A program made the translations under genes and the position numbers. Below the pieces are notes generated by a model that saw only the letters and a list, made by a program, of their open reading frames with translations, had not been told where the DNA came from and did not search any database. DNA of 64,000 bases from Patescibacteria group bacterium (GTDB lineage Bacteria; Patescibacteriota; WWE3; UBA101185; UBA10185), in contig JAFGOI010000008.1 of assembly GCA_016926555.1 (NCBI GenBank), forward strand, positions 91,316-155,315, in the 5' to 3' direction. Each line of letters starts with the position of its first letter. Position 1 is the stretch's first letter. Shown here piece by piece: positions 1 to 8,667 of the stretch.

Positions 1-16
1 TAAATATGCGTGATAA

Positions 17-814
17 CTAGTGCCCAAATACCTGGCATCTGCCGCTTGAACACCCATTTGTGCAATTTATACGTATAATTTCGGGTCCGGAAACGCCACA
101 TTGTGCTTCACGCAACTGACTACCACCACAGCGGTCATTTATCCTGCCGGAACCATCAGACCAACTCGCATAAGATCTTATATACTGCTGCCAAACAGTG
201 CCTCCGTCCCCATCCACACAAGTTGGAGGTGGAGTAGGCGTTGGAGTGGGCGTTGGGGTAGGCGTTGGAGTTGGAGTTGGAGTAGGCGTGGAAGTGGATA
301 TGGGTGTCCCAGAAGGGAGCTCTGTAATCATCGAAGTCTGTCTTGGTGTACAATTATCGGGATTCGTAGGATCAGTTGGATCAGTACAATCATACATCTC
401 TCCGGTACCTGAATAAAAAGTTATGGCTATATTTGAATCTAAAGAGGACTGAGTATAAACAACGTATTCATCCGTCCCCCCAACTGAAGGAGCATATATA
501 TAATCCAGAATCCACGAGTCAAGATAAAAACTGAGATTTTGCGCGGAAGGCGAGCCACTACTAGCAGCGGGAAGTTCCCCCTCAGATACTATATAAGCAT
601 CTATTCCTTGACTTAGCTTTTCCAGGTTCGTTACTTTAACACCGTCCTCAGCAACAGAACGGTGCCTGTTTACATTAATAGAACGAACTAAGTATGCCGT
701 CAGTATAGAAATTATGCTTATAACAATCAACAACTCTATAAGTGTAAACCCCTTCTTTCTATATTTTGCAAATAAAACATGCATATTATATTTATTTAAT
801 CTATAGACGTACAA
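17..814 (-). CDS. Type IV pilin-like protein (prepilin N-terminus) with Thr-Pro linker and Cys-rich C-terminal module
   Basis: Prepilin motif KKGFTLIELLIVISIISILTAY with Glu at +5. Linker (TP)x10 followed by a C-terminal module CVDGDGG...C...C...C. Real start probably an internal Met upstream of KKGFTL. Confidence 0.7.
   Translation of the reverse strand: MYVYRLNKYNMHVLFAKYRKKGFTLIELLIVISIISILTAYLVRSINVNRHRSVAEDGVKVTNLEKLSQGIDAYIVSEGELPAASSGSPSAQNLSFYLDSWILDYIYAPSVGGTDEYVVYTQSSLDSNIAITFYSGTGEMYDCTDPTDPTNPDNCTPRQTSMITELPSGTPISTSTPTPTPTPTPTPTPTPTPTPPPTCVDGDGGTVWQQYIRSYASWSDGSGRINDRCGGSQLREAQCGVSGPEIIRINCTNGCSSGRCQVFGH
227..289 (-). repeat. Imperfect 6-bp coding repeat (GGNGTN on the plus strand) encoding the (Thr-Pro)n linker of the pilin
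   Basis: ggagtaggcgttggagtgggcgttggggtaggcgttggagttggagttgg read directly. The TPTPTP run lies at aa ~176-196 of ORF 17..814. Confidence 0.8.
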
Positions 815-1245
815 GTACCCATACTAGTAGGGTCGGTACAATACATAATTTCCCCCGTTCGAGAAAAATAGGTAATTGAACTACTTGCATCTACAGAGGA
901 CTGTATATAAACAACAAATTCATTTGCGCTTCCAACTGAAGGATCGTAAACATATCCATCCAGCCACGTCTGCAAATAAAAATTCAAACTAGAACCCACT
1001 GGAACACCCGCATTAACACCAGGCATTTCCCTTTCAGCTGAAATATATGCTTCTACACCCTGTCCCAACTTTTCCAGATTTACTATCTTTACACCATCTT
1101 CGGCGACAAGCCGATGCCTGTTTATGTTCATAGATCGCACTAAATAAGCTGTTAGAATAGCCACAACACTAACAACTATTAAGAGTTCTATTAATGTAAA
1201 GCCGCATTTACATCTAGTCATAAACATATATCTTAAAATTAACAA
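796..1245 (-). CDS. Type IV pilin-like protein, short paralog of 17..814
   Basis: CGFTLIELLIVVSVVAILTAYLVRSMNINRHRLVAEDGVK aligns almost residue for residue with the N-terminal half of the 17..814 product. Confidence 0.75.
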   Translation of the reverse strand: MLILRYMFMTRCKCGFTLIELLIVVSVVAILTAYLVRSMNINRHRLVAEDGVKIVNLEKLGQGVEAYISAEREMPGVNAGVPVGSSLNFYLQTWLDGYVYDPSVGSANEFVVYIQSSVDASSSITYFSRTGEIMYCTDPTSMGTCTSID

Positions 1246-1256
1246 CCATCAATCAA

Positions 1257-1922
1257 CTAGTACGGAACAGGGCCGCCTATTTCACATGCATTATGAACAC
1301 AACTCCCACTACAATGTATCCTTCTGGTAGCAGGTTCATTACTATTACAATAACTTTCACGAAGGCGGTTAGAGTTTACACATCTATCCGTGTGAATATG
1401 AACATCCGGATTATCCCCGTAATAAACGTACCCAGAAACGTACTGCTCCGTTGAGTAATCTCCGCCATCTGTATCCACACATAGAGGGGGTACGGGTGTT
1501 ATAACACCTTCGGAACAGTCAGGAGAGCTGCATCTGACAACTTTACCTGCTGTAGAAGAATAAACATAATATTCCGAACTCTCAGTTTCTGATCCAACAG
1601 ATATCATGAACTCAGTACCACTAACAAAATATGCAAAACCGTTTGGCCAATCATTTAAATAAATATCAAGATTGTCCGCTGAAGGCTCCCCGGATACTTC
1701 CTGCGGCAGCAAACCCTCAGCAATCCGATAAGCTTGAATTCCCTGAGCTAAATCAATCATAGTTTTTTTATTTACTCCATCCTGAGATATATCTTTCTGC
1801 CTTTGTACATTTACTGTTTTCATAACAACACCGGCCAATATCCCAACTATCGTGATCACTACTAATAGCTCAACTAGCGTAAATCCTTTATAATCTTGAA
1901 TAACCTTTTTTGTCTGTAACAT
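1257..1922 (-). CDS. Type IV pilin-like protein with Cys-rich C-terminal module
   Basis: YKGFTLVELLVVITIVGILAG prepilin motif. C-terminus CVDTDGGDY...C...C...C...C resembles the C-termini of the 17..814 and 4678..5682 products. Confidence 0.75.
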   Translation of the reverse strand: MLQTKKVIQDYKGFTLVELLVVITIVGILAGVVMKTVNVQRQKDISQDGVNKKTMIDLAQGIQAYRIAEGLLPQEVSGEPSADNLDIYLNDWPNGFAYFVSGTEFMISVGSETESSEYYVYSSTAGKVVRCSSPDCSEGVITPVPPLCVDTDGGDYSTEQYVSGYVYYGDNPDVHIHTDRCVNSNRLRESYCNSNEPATRRIHCSGSCVHNACEIGGPVPY

Positions 1923-1926
1923 AAGC

Positions 1927-2493
1927 TTAATTTAGAACAGCGGTACATACAGATAAATTTGGACTTGATAAAGCGTTCGCAATCTGGGCAGTACATTCAA
2001 CCGCACCAACGCCTGTTAAAAATCCAAGAGTAGCACTCGCCTGACCAAATGATTTTCCTAGCAGAATATAATCTGTAGCGGTTCTACCACCGACATTTTC
2101 CAACCTGTAATAATAAAAGTAGCACTGTGAACTTCCTGAACCCTGAAAACTATTAGTACCACAAAGATTGGACGGTAAATCGAACCCAGTTACTGAAAAA
2201 ATACAAAATGAATCTTCAGCACCTCCTTCTGAATCGCAGCCATCTCTACTAGAAGCACCTTGTATCAATGCTAAAATATCATCCCCATAGGGTGCCTCTC
2301 CATAAGCAGATATATGCGCTTCAATGGACAAAGCCATCTTGTCAACTGCGGTAAAAATATTGGAATCTCGTGCTCGATTTCTTACTCCCTGAACATCAAT
2401 AACTCTATAAGTAATGGCCGCTAATATAGCCAAAACACTTATAGCAATAAGAAGTTCAATCAGAGTAAAGGATTTGGCAGTTTTATTAGGCAT
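1927..2493 (-). CDS. Pilin-like protein with atypical -1 residue (Ser instead of Gly)
   Basis: TAKSFTLIELLIAISVLAILAA has a hydrophobic helix with Glu at +5, but the residue before Phe is Ser rather than Gly. Confidence 0.55.
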   Translation of the reverse strand: MPNKTAKSFTLIELLIAISVLAILAAITYRVIDVQGVRNRARDSNIFTAVDKMALSIEAHISAYGEAPYGDDILALIQGASSRDGCDSEGGAEDSFCIFSVTGFDLPSNLCGTNSFQGSGSSQCYFYYYRLENVGGRTATDYILLGKSFGQASATLGFLTGVGAVECTAQIANALSSPNLSVCTAVLN

Positions 2494-2534
2494 ATATCTA
2501 TATAAATCTTAATTTAGTACAGTTTTGGTGTCAA

Positions 2535-4568
2535 TTATCTCACTATGATATCTTTATTAACTTTTATAATAGTTGTCTTTTCATTCTGAAAAAATACATT
2601 TCCCATAGCGAGAAGTTTGTCCATTTGCATAGAACCATCCGAATAAATGTCTTCTTCTATCTCTCCGACAATAATAAAATCTACATTATACTTACGTAAT
2701 ATCATCTTCGTTTTATTTACATCGTCATCCAAATATACAGATCGTACATCTCTTCTTCTAACATCAACTTCACCATAAGATCCCCGCCACGTCCATTCAT
2801 GAACAGGCCAGCCGACTACCGACGGCCAACCCAATAAAGCACTAAATAGATTATTATCTTCATAACTGTCACCATCCGCTTCAACTATTATTTTCATTTT
2901 CTCTCCACGGTTTTGCATGTCCCTATACTTTTTTAAAAAAGCGTAAGCCTCATAATCATATGGATATTTGCTTTCAAACCAATGCAATCCCTCGTTAATC
3001 CCCTTAAACTCCAAAGACCAACCCTTTGTAACCTTGAAAACAACATAGGGATAATACAACTGAATGGCAAACATGCATATAAATACAGACCCAATTAATA
3101 ATCTATTCACACTTCCTTTCAGCTTTGTTAATACTGCAGCCATAAACGTTCCCGAACAGATACTGAGCCATAACCATACTTGAAATGTGAACTTAAAAAC
3201 GGTATTTGCTCTATAATATTCCCCATCAATTAGGATATCTTTAACAAAAAATAGAATAGAGCAGAATACAAACGACCCCCAGTGCAAAAGCCACTGATTT
3301 AGAGACGTGGGCGTTTTAACGACTCCCAAACCGGCCACTGCACTTTTGTAATAATAACTCCAAATCCTGGAAACCATGACCGCCCCAATTGGTATATAGG
3401 TAAGCACAATAAAAGGTCTCCATATTTTATACACGTTTATGATCCCATCCTGAAACCTAACACGGGTGAAAACAGCTTTCTTTATTTCATACCCATATTT
3501 ATACATAAATAGTATGGAAAATAGTATTCCAAGGGACACCGTATCCCAAGAGTTAGTCATAAAGACTACACCGAATAAGAAACTCAGAAGATACATTTTC
3601 TCGCTTTTGAACGACAAACCAGACTTATTATCAATAAAAATCACATAAAGCAACGCGAAAACTACAACGCTCACAAAAGCCCCCCAAACATGCGCATGTA
3701 AGTCAGACACAAAAAAACCATATACGGGCATCTCCATGATAGTCCCACTCACATACCTTGTAGCCTCCGGATACCAAAAAGAAGGTTTAATTGAAATAAA
3801 GCCCAGGATATACATCAACTTTCCAACCAAATATGTCAATACGTAAATATTTCCTGAGAGAGAATAAAATAGAAACGATGACAAACCCGCTACTGCTACA
3901 ATTCCTCTTCCTTTTTTTAACTGATAATTTAAGTAGATCTCCTTCCCAAGTTGAAATACACTGACACTTAACATACTAAACAGCCAACATACTAAGACAA
4001 AAAACCCCTGTAATAGAGGCACATTAGAGAATTTCAAAATGACATGCCCAATAAAATGGCCAAAATAATAATAATTCCATGATTCTCCTGAAAACCATAC
4101 ATCAGGAAGGGGTAGAGAAGTAGCATTTTCCAGAGTTTGTAGAACACCATAATCGAAAATTCGTTCAATACTGTGTACTTCAGCATTAAACCCGCGTACC
4201 ACGTACCAAAAAAGCATTAACAAAACAATAAAACTTTGGGTCCAGAATATTATCTTTAAACTAAAATTGGTTCTTAAGAACTCGGTCTTTAGTTCAATGG
4301 CCAAATTCACAAGAATCCAGACAATAACACAAAGAAAAAACCACACATCGCCCAATCCAATAAACGTACCAATAATAAAATAAAAATAAGACAAACATAT
4401 CCAACCAAGTATGTGGGCAATTACATATCCTTTGTCATTTAATCTTTTAAAAAAGAGGGATGTAAAAGGCCAACTGACTAAACCTATAAACGTATTGGCC
4501 AGAATCAAAGGCAAAAAATATCTTATCACTTCATCCACTGCAATATCCAGCATGGCAGAATTATACAA
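2535..4568 (-). CDS. Large polytopic membrane protein (~13 predicted TM segments plus ~190-aa C-terminal soluble domain); GT-C-like architecture; function unknown
   Basis: 677 aa. Repeated hydrophobic segments run through aa ~1-480, then a hydrophilic C-terminal domain. It is embedded between pilin genes. No signature motif recognised with confidence. Confidence 0.45.
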   Translation of the reverse strand: MYNSAMLDIAVDEVIRYFLPLILANTFIGLVSWPFTSLFFKRLNDKGYVIAHILGWICLSYFYFIIGTFIGLGDVWFFLCVIVWILVNLAIELKTEFLRTNFSLKIIFWTQSFIVLLMLFWYVVRGFNAEVHSIERIFDYGVLQTLENATSLPLPDVWFSGESWNYYYFGHFIGHVILKFSNVPLLQGFFVLVCWLFSMLSVSVFQLGKEIYLNYQLKKGRGIVAVAGLSSFLFYSLSGNIYVLTYLVGKLMYILGFISIKPSFWYPEATRYVSGTIMEMPVYGFFVSDLHAHVWGAFVSVVVFALLYVIFIDNKSGLSFKSEKMYLLSFLFGVVFMTNSWDTVSLGILFSILFMYKYGYEIKKAVFTRVRFQDGIINVYKIWRPFIVLTYIPIGAVMVSRIWSYYYKSAVAGLGVVKTPTSLNQWLLHWGSFVFCSILFFVKDILIDGEYYRANTVFKFTFQVWLWLSICSGTFMAAVLTKLKGSVNRLLIGSVFICMFAIQLYYPYVVFKVTKGWSLEFKGINEGLHWFESKYPYDYEAYAFLKKYRDMQNRGEKMKIIVEADGDSYEDNNLFSALLGWPSVVGWPVHEWTWRGSYGEVDVRRRDVRSVYLDDDVNKTKMILRKYNVDFIIVGEIEEDIYSDGSMQMDKLLAMGNVFFQNEKTTIIKVNKDIIVR

Positions 4569-4677
4569 TGAAACTCCAACAGCTTACGCAGGTGGTTTCA
4601 AGTTAGGAACTTATGAAAATTGAAGGAGATAGACCTGGGGATCAGACACAAAAGCCGTATAAATCACCCTATTCTCA

Positions 4678-5682
4678 CTACTGCGGAGGCCCAAGGTACC
4701 TATAATGAAAGCAAGCGTATCCATTACGATCTGATTTACAAACATACGGCCATTCACACTCCACTTCACTGGAACCTTTCAAGCCATTATTTTGGCAGTA
4801 GTACTCTACCAAAACATTATTATCACAGTAATCACAAGACTCGCCGGCCGTATCTGTAACACATCCAGGTGTATAGATATCATAACCAGCATCTGTATCC
4901 GTACAAGCTTCAGGCGGGAGAGTTGGGGTTGGTGATGTAAGTAACTCTCTAACGCCACACCTATTATCTAAACATACTACCTCCCTCGGTGGACAGCACC
5001 TATCCATACACCCTGCGGGTACCGAACATTCTACCTTGTCATACCACGCATCTACATACCTAACATTAACAACATCCTCATAATCAAATCCGCCGCACCC
5101 GCTGCACTTGCATGCACATCCTACCGGTTCACATTCTTCAGAACTTTCGCAATATCTCCACCTTTCCTCCTCATCATCGGGGGTTGGAGTAGGTGTTGGC
5201 GAGGGATGTATAACATCTTCTCCTTCCTCATTTTCACAGTCAAACGTAGTAACATCACACGTATCTAAAACACACTGATACGTATCCTGCCACGCAGAGG
5301 TATGTTTGTAACATCCATCCGTAGAATCTTCTAAACTCACCACAAGCCCATAATCGGCGCCATCAGAATTATAAGTATATACTGCACCCTCAGGTTCCCC
5401 ATCGGGCCAATCAGTGATAAAATAAGTTCTAAATTCAGAGGATATATCCGCGATATCACTCGTTGGCGGATATTCTCCTTTGGTTGAATAATAGGATTCC
5501 AAAGCACTTGCTATTTGATTTACATTATTCTCTCTAACTGCGTTTTCGGCTTTTTCTTGAGTGCCACCTATATTTAACAGCCCCATCAAAATGATTCCCA
5601 GAATAGTGATGATTACAATAACCACTAACAGCTCTATTAACGTAAATCCTTTATTTATTTTCCCAAAAACTATCTTTTTCAT
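4678..5682 (-). CDS. Type IV pilin-like protein with PTPTPTP linkers and long Cys-rich C-terminal region
   Basis: NKGFTLIELLVVIVIITILGIIL. Then SPTPTPTPDDEEE, followed by many Cys including a CTDTDAGYD...C...C...C module similar to the 1257..1922 C-terminus. Confidence 0.7.
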   Translation of the reverse strand: MKKIVFGKINKGFTLIELLVVIVIITILGIILMGLLNIGGTQEKAENAVRENNVNQIASALESYYSTKGEYPPTSDIADISSEFRTYFITDWPDGEPEGAVYTYNSDGADYGLVVSLEDSTDGCYKHTSAWQDTYQCVLDTCDVTTFDCENEEGEDVIHPSPTPTPTPDDEEERWRYCESSEECEPVGCACKCSGCGGFDYEDVVNVRYVDAWYDKVECSVPAGCMDRCCPPREVVCLDNRCGVRELLTSPTPTLPPEACTDTDAGYDIYTPGCVTDTAGESCDYCDNNVLVEYYCQNNGLKGSSEVECEWPYVCKSDRNGYACFHYRYLGPPQ

Positions 5683-5687
5683 TCGTA

Positions 5688-6116
5688 CTATTCAATTATA
5701 CAATTTGTGCCGACTTGCGCAAGATCCATTACAGTGGCATCACTAAAATTATATACACATTGAAATTCGCACAGAGCACTACCATCAAGAGTAGGGATTG
5801 CCCCGCTGATAGTTATAGTTGCATCCGCAGTGGCTGCGGATTCAGTAAGCGTAAAGATACTACCCTCCGGAGGATTAGGTGGGTAGGTCACGTTAATATC
5901 ATCCCAAGAGTTACATCTTCTCGCGTCCACCTCACTCGCGCCACACGCTTTCAATGCGTAACACATCGTTTCAGTCATGGATCGCACAACTGCTTCATTG
6001 GCGCGTTGACTCTGCCTATTTGGATCTATAAGCGATACCAAAATACTAGCTAATATACCTATCACAGTAATAACTACTAAAATCTCCACAAGTGTAAAAC
6101 CGTTTTTTCTAATCAT
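5688..6116 (-). CDS. Type IV pilin-like protein
   Basis: RKNGFTLVEILVVITVIGILASIL prepilin motif. 142 aa. Confidence 0.7.
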   Translation of the reverse strand: MIRKNGFTLVEILVVITVIGILASILVSLIDPNRQSQRANEAVVRSMTETMCYALKACGASEVDARRCNSWDDINVTYPPNPPEGSIFTLTESAATADATITISGAIPTLDGSALCEFQCVYNFSDATVMDLAQVGTNCIIE

Positions 6117-6147
6117 AAAACATTTTCAAATTGATATATTTAAAGAT

Positions 6148-6172
6148 AAGGCGGGGCCTGCGGCCCCGCCTT
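6148..6172 (-). terminator. GC-rich hairpin (9-bp stem GGCGGGGCC/GGCCCCGCC, 3-nt loop) downstream of pilin gene 6182..6859
   Basis: aaGGCGGGGCCtgcGGCCCCGCCtt read directly. AT-rich on the 3' side in minus-strand sense. Confidence 0.45.
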
Positions 6173-6181
6173 GATCAATCG

Positions 6182-6859
6182 CTAATTAATATCCACTCTG
6201 GAACAGTTTGCATCGCCTGCGTAAGGATCCGTATCTACTGTCATATCTGTCGGATCAATTCCCGTCGCACCATTGCATTCGTACATACCAAATTCCGAAT
6301 GAATTACATACCACGTATTATTATCTACAACCGCGTCCGGATTTAATTCCCAGGCTTTCCCAATAATCGCAAAACGACCACCTCTCAATGGACCGGATAC
6401 AACCTTGAAGTGACATTGAGCTGTCCCATCTGCGGCCATACTATAGACATGATTAGTTTCGTTTCCAACATACGCCACACATGTGTCAGGCAACAATACA
6501 CTCGGAAAATTAAAATCCACGTCAATCCCTATAGTAGTATCGATTGGGTTATCTGTTGACAGTGGGCTATTTGTGTTTGAGTTCCCAACAACCTCCAGGT
6601 TATTAACCTCCAATAACAATTCATCTTCACATACCATTCTTCCGGTCGCAGAGCGAGCAGAATTTAGTCCATAACCCACTTTTTGCAAGGCAGATCTAAT
6701 TGCAGCATTTCTTGATCTATTCTGTTGTCTTATAGGATCAATTACTGCGATTAGAATACCGGCCAATATACCAATAATTATGATAACAATGAGTAACTCT
6801 ATAAGTGTGAAACCGCTGTCAAGATCTAATCTTGAAGTCTTTCTTTTAACTTCTTTCAT
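6182..6859 (-). CDS. Type IV pilin-like protein
   Basis: DSGFTLIELLIVIIIIGILAGILIAVIDPIRQQNRSRNAAIRSA. Paralog of the 7007..7681 product. Confidence 0.75.
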   Translation of the reverse strand: MKEVKRKTSRLDLDSGFTLIELLIVIIIIGILAGILIAVIDPIRQQNRSRNAAIRSALQKVGYGLNSARSATGRMVCEDELLLEVNNLEVVGNSNTNSPLSTDNPIDTTIGIDVDFNFPSVLLPDTCVAYVGNETNHVYSMAADGTAQCHFKVVSGPLRGGRFAIIGKAWELNPDAVVDNNTWYVIHSEFGMYECNGATGIDPTDMTVDTDPYAGDANCSRVDIN

Positions 6860-6948
6860 TCACTGCTCACCCCCTTCCAAAGCATGTTTTGTAAAAGTTT
6901 CATAAGCAACATAAAAATGGGCAGACAACTATTTGTTGCCTATATACA

Positions 6949-6981
6949 AGTATGAAGTCCAACACGCAGTATGTCAAGGAA
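6949..6981 (-). promoter_or_regulatory. Conserved promoter-like element, copy 1 (gene sense: TTGACA-N17-TTCATACT)
   Basis: Plus strand reads agtatgaa-N16-gtcaagg. One of five copies with an identical 24-nt offset between the two blocks. Lies upstream of pilin 6182..6859. Confidence 0.5.
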
Positions 6982-7006
6982 ATAGAAGTAAAACGAGGTA
7001 TTAACA

Positions 7007-7681
7007 TCAAAGGTCATCGAATCTGTCACAATTGTACCCATTCATTTCTATAGCATAAGAAAAATCCTCAATACTCATATCCGAGGGATCAAGGCCAGAA
7101 GGGGCAGAAGAGCATTCCCACAACCCATCGGAAGAATCAAACACATAATATAAACCATTAGTTAGATCCATATCTGGTGTCAACTCCCATGACTTGGCGA
7201 TAATTCTAAATTTGCCATCTCTTATAGGGCCGGAATTATATTGAAACACACACTGAGTAGTTCCTTCCATCGCGTCATCCCAATTAGTTTCGTTACAGGA
7301 CGATGGAAGTGCTACACCGGGAAAGTCAAATAACACCTCAGTCTCAACCGTTGTATTACCCAAACCGCCGTTTTCCGGATTTGAGCGATAAAGGTCAATT
7401 GTATCGGGGTTTATCACAACATTCTCAGTCTCTGTTTCTATATCGTTTTCATACGGAAGCCGGCCAGTTGAAGAACGCGCAGTATTTATACTGTATGCAA
7501 CTTTTTGAATCGCAGATCTGATAGCCGCATTTCTAGCTCGGTTCTGTTGTCTAATAGGATCTATAACTGCAATTAGAACTGCAGCCAGAATACCTATGAT
7601 TATAATCACTATAAGAAGTTCAATAAGCGTAAATCCACGATCAATAGAATATTTATCTTTCAACCAGTATTTAGACAACAT
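7007..7681 (-). CDS. Type IV pilin-like protein (start moved to internal Met before DRGFTLIELL)
   Basis: MLSKYWLKDKYSIDRGFTLIELLIVIIIIGILAAVLIAVIDPIRQQNRARNAAIRSA. The ORF track extends to 7762, but that region overlaps the upstream gene end and the promoter-like motif. Confidence 0.7.
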   Translation of the reverse strand: MLSKYWLKDKYSIDRGFTLIELLIVIIIIGILAAVLIAVIDPIRQQNRARNAAIRSAIQKVAYSINTARSSTGRLPYENDIETETENVVINPDTIDLYRSNPENGGLGNTTVETEVLFDFPGVALPSSCNETNWDDAMEGTTQCVFQYNSGPIRDGKFRIIAKSWELTPDMDLTNGLYYVFDSSDGLWECSSAPSGLDPSDMSIEDFSYAIEMNGYNCDRFDDL

Positions 7682-7714
7682 AGTTAGGGCAGGCGACCTT
7701 AATTGCCTATATTG

Positions 7715-7747
7715 AGTATGAATTGCACTAGTTATAAAGTCAAGAAA
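7715..7747 (-). promoter_or_regulatory. Conserved promoter-like element, copy 2 (TTGACT variant)
   Basis: agtatgaa-N16-gtcaagaaa with the same 24-nt offset, immediately upstream of the pilin start at 7681. Confidence 0.5.
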
Positions 7748-7761
7748 TAACACCAAGCGCA

Positions 7762-8667
7762 TTAGTCCGCTATGAAAAAGCTATAATCCATAACATCTGG
7801 CATATACGGACGGGATTTGTATACCGACATAATCTTAACCACTCTTTGTTCTGACTCCTCTACTAAATTACCTACCGCAGTTATTTTATAACCCTGCTCT
7901 GGAAGATCACCCACAGAAGGATACACACCAAAATTGGCGCTATTATACATAGACCTTATCCTCAAACCGAATTTTCTGGACGGATTAATCTCCGAGAGAT
8001 CAATTTCGGCACACCAATTAAAACCATCTTTCGCTTCCGCGTTAGCTTGTACAAATCCCCGCATCGACTCAAGTGGGTCATAAAACGCAATAGGGTAGTA
8101 ACCGCCTTTACTTACCATCCCAGCGTCATCATACGCTATATAATATAATGCTGTCTTATCATTATCCCAGCATACATTTATTTTATCGTCTGTATATACA
8201 CCGTTTGAGTCATATAGGGATATTTCCTTTAGCTGACCTGATGTAAGCGCAAATCTGTAATGATCCCCTGAACTTTTACTACTGGAGTTGTATTGAAACT
8301 TCTCTACGGTTACAACAGCTTCAGCTGAAATCTTATCGTAGCCAAGTGGCGGATAATCTACTATACATCCTTGAATCCCTTCTTCATATCTCAAGTTAAT
8401 CAACTCACAGTTTGTTTTATATCTATCGGGATCGGTCACGTCAGAAAGAGCCTCTAGTCTGCAATCACCAGCATTCAAATATCTTTCTATACCTCCTTCT
8501 ACAACAGCTGACAATCTCGCAGCCGTATCAGTGCGAGTCACTCTAGCTGATACAGCCAAACTTCGCGTCGCTATAGATAATCCAATAGTTAGAGCTATAA
8601 CAACAACTACAACTACTCCTAAAAGTACTTGCCCAGATTTATTACGCTTTTTATTTGCAATGTTCAC
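7762..8667 (-). CDS. PilX-like minor pilin/pilus assembly protein (cassette copy 1)
   Basis: N-terminus KSGQVLLGVVVVVVIALTIGLSIATRSLAVSARVTRTDTAARLSAVVEGGIERYL fits the PilX_N-type pattern (QxG, hydrophobic helix, AE-G). Paralog of the 11749..12657 product. Confidence 0.5.
   Translation of the reverse strand: MNIANKKRNKSGQVLLGVVVVVVIALTIGLSIATRSLAVSARVTRTDTAARLSAVVEGGIERYLNAGDCRLEALSDVTDPDRYKTNCELINLRYEEGIQGCIVDYPPLGYDKISAEAVVTVEKFQYNSSSKSSGDHYRFALTSGQLKEISLYDSNGVYTDDKINVCWDNDKTALYYIAYDDAGMVSKGGYYPIAFYDPLESMRGFVQANAEAKDGFNWCAEIDLSEINPSRKFGLRIRSMYNSANFGVYPSVGDLPEQGYKITAVGNLVEESEQRVVKIMSVYKSRPYMPDVMDYSFFIAD

Noticed and set aside
101-416. Plus-strand ORFs (103 and 72 aa) encoding GVGVGV/WSWSW low-complexity peptides
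   Set aside because: They are the antisense reading of the (Thr-Pro)n coding repeat in the minus-strand pilin gene. No independent signals are present.
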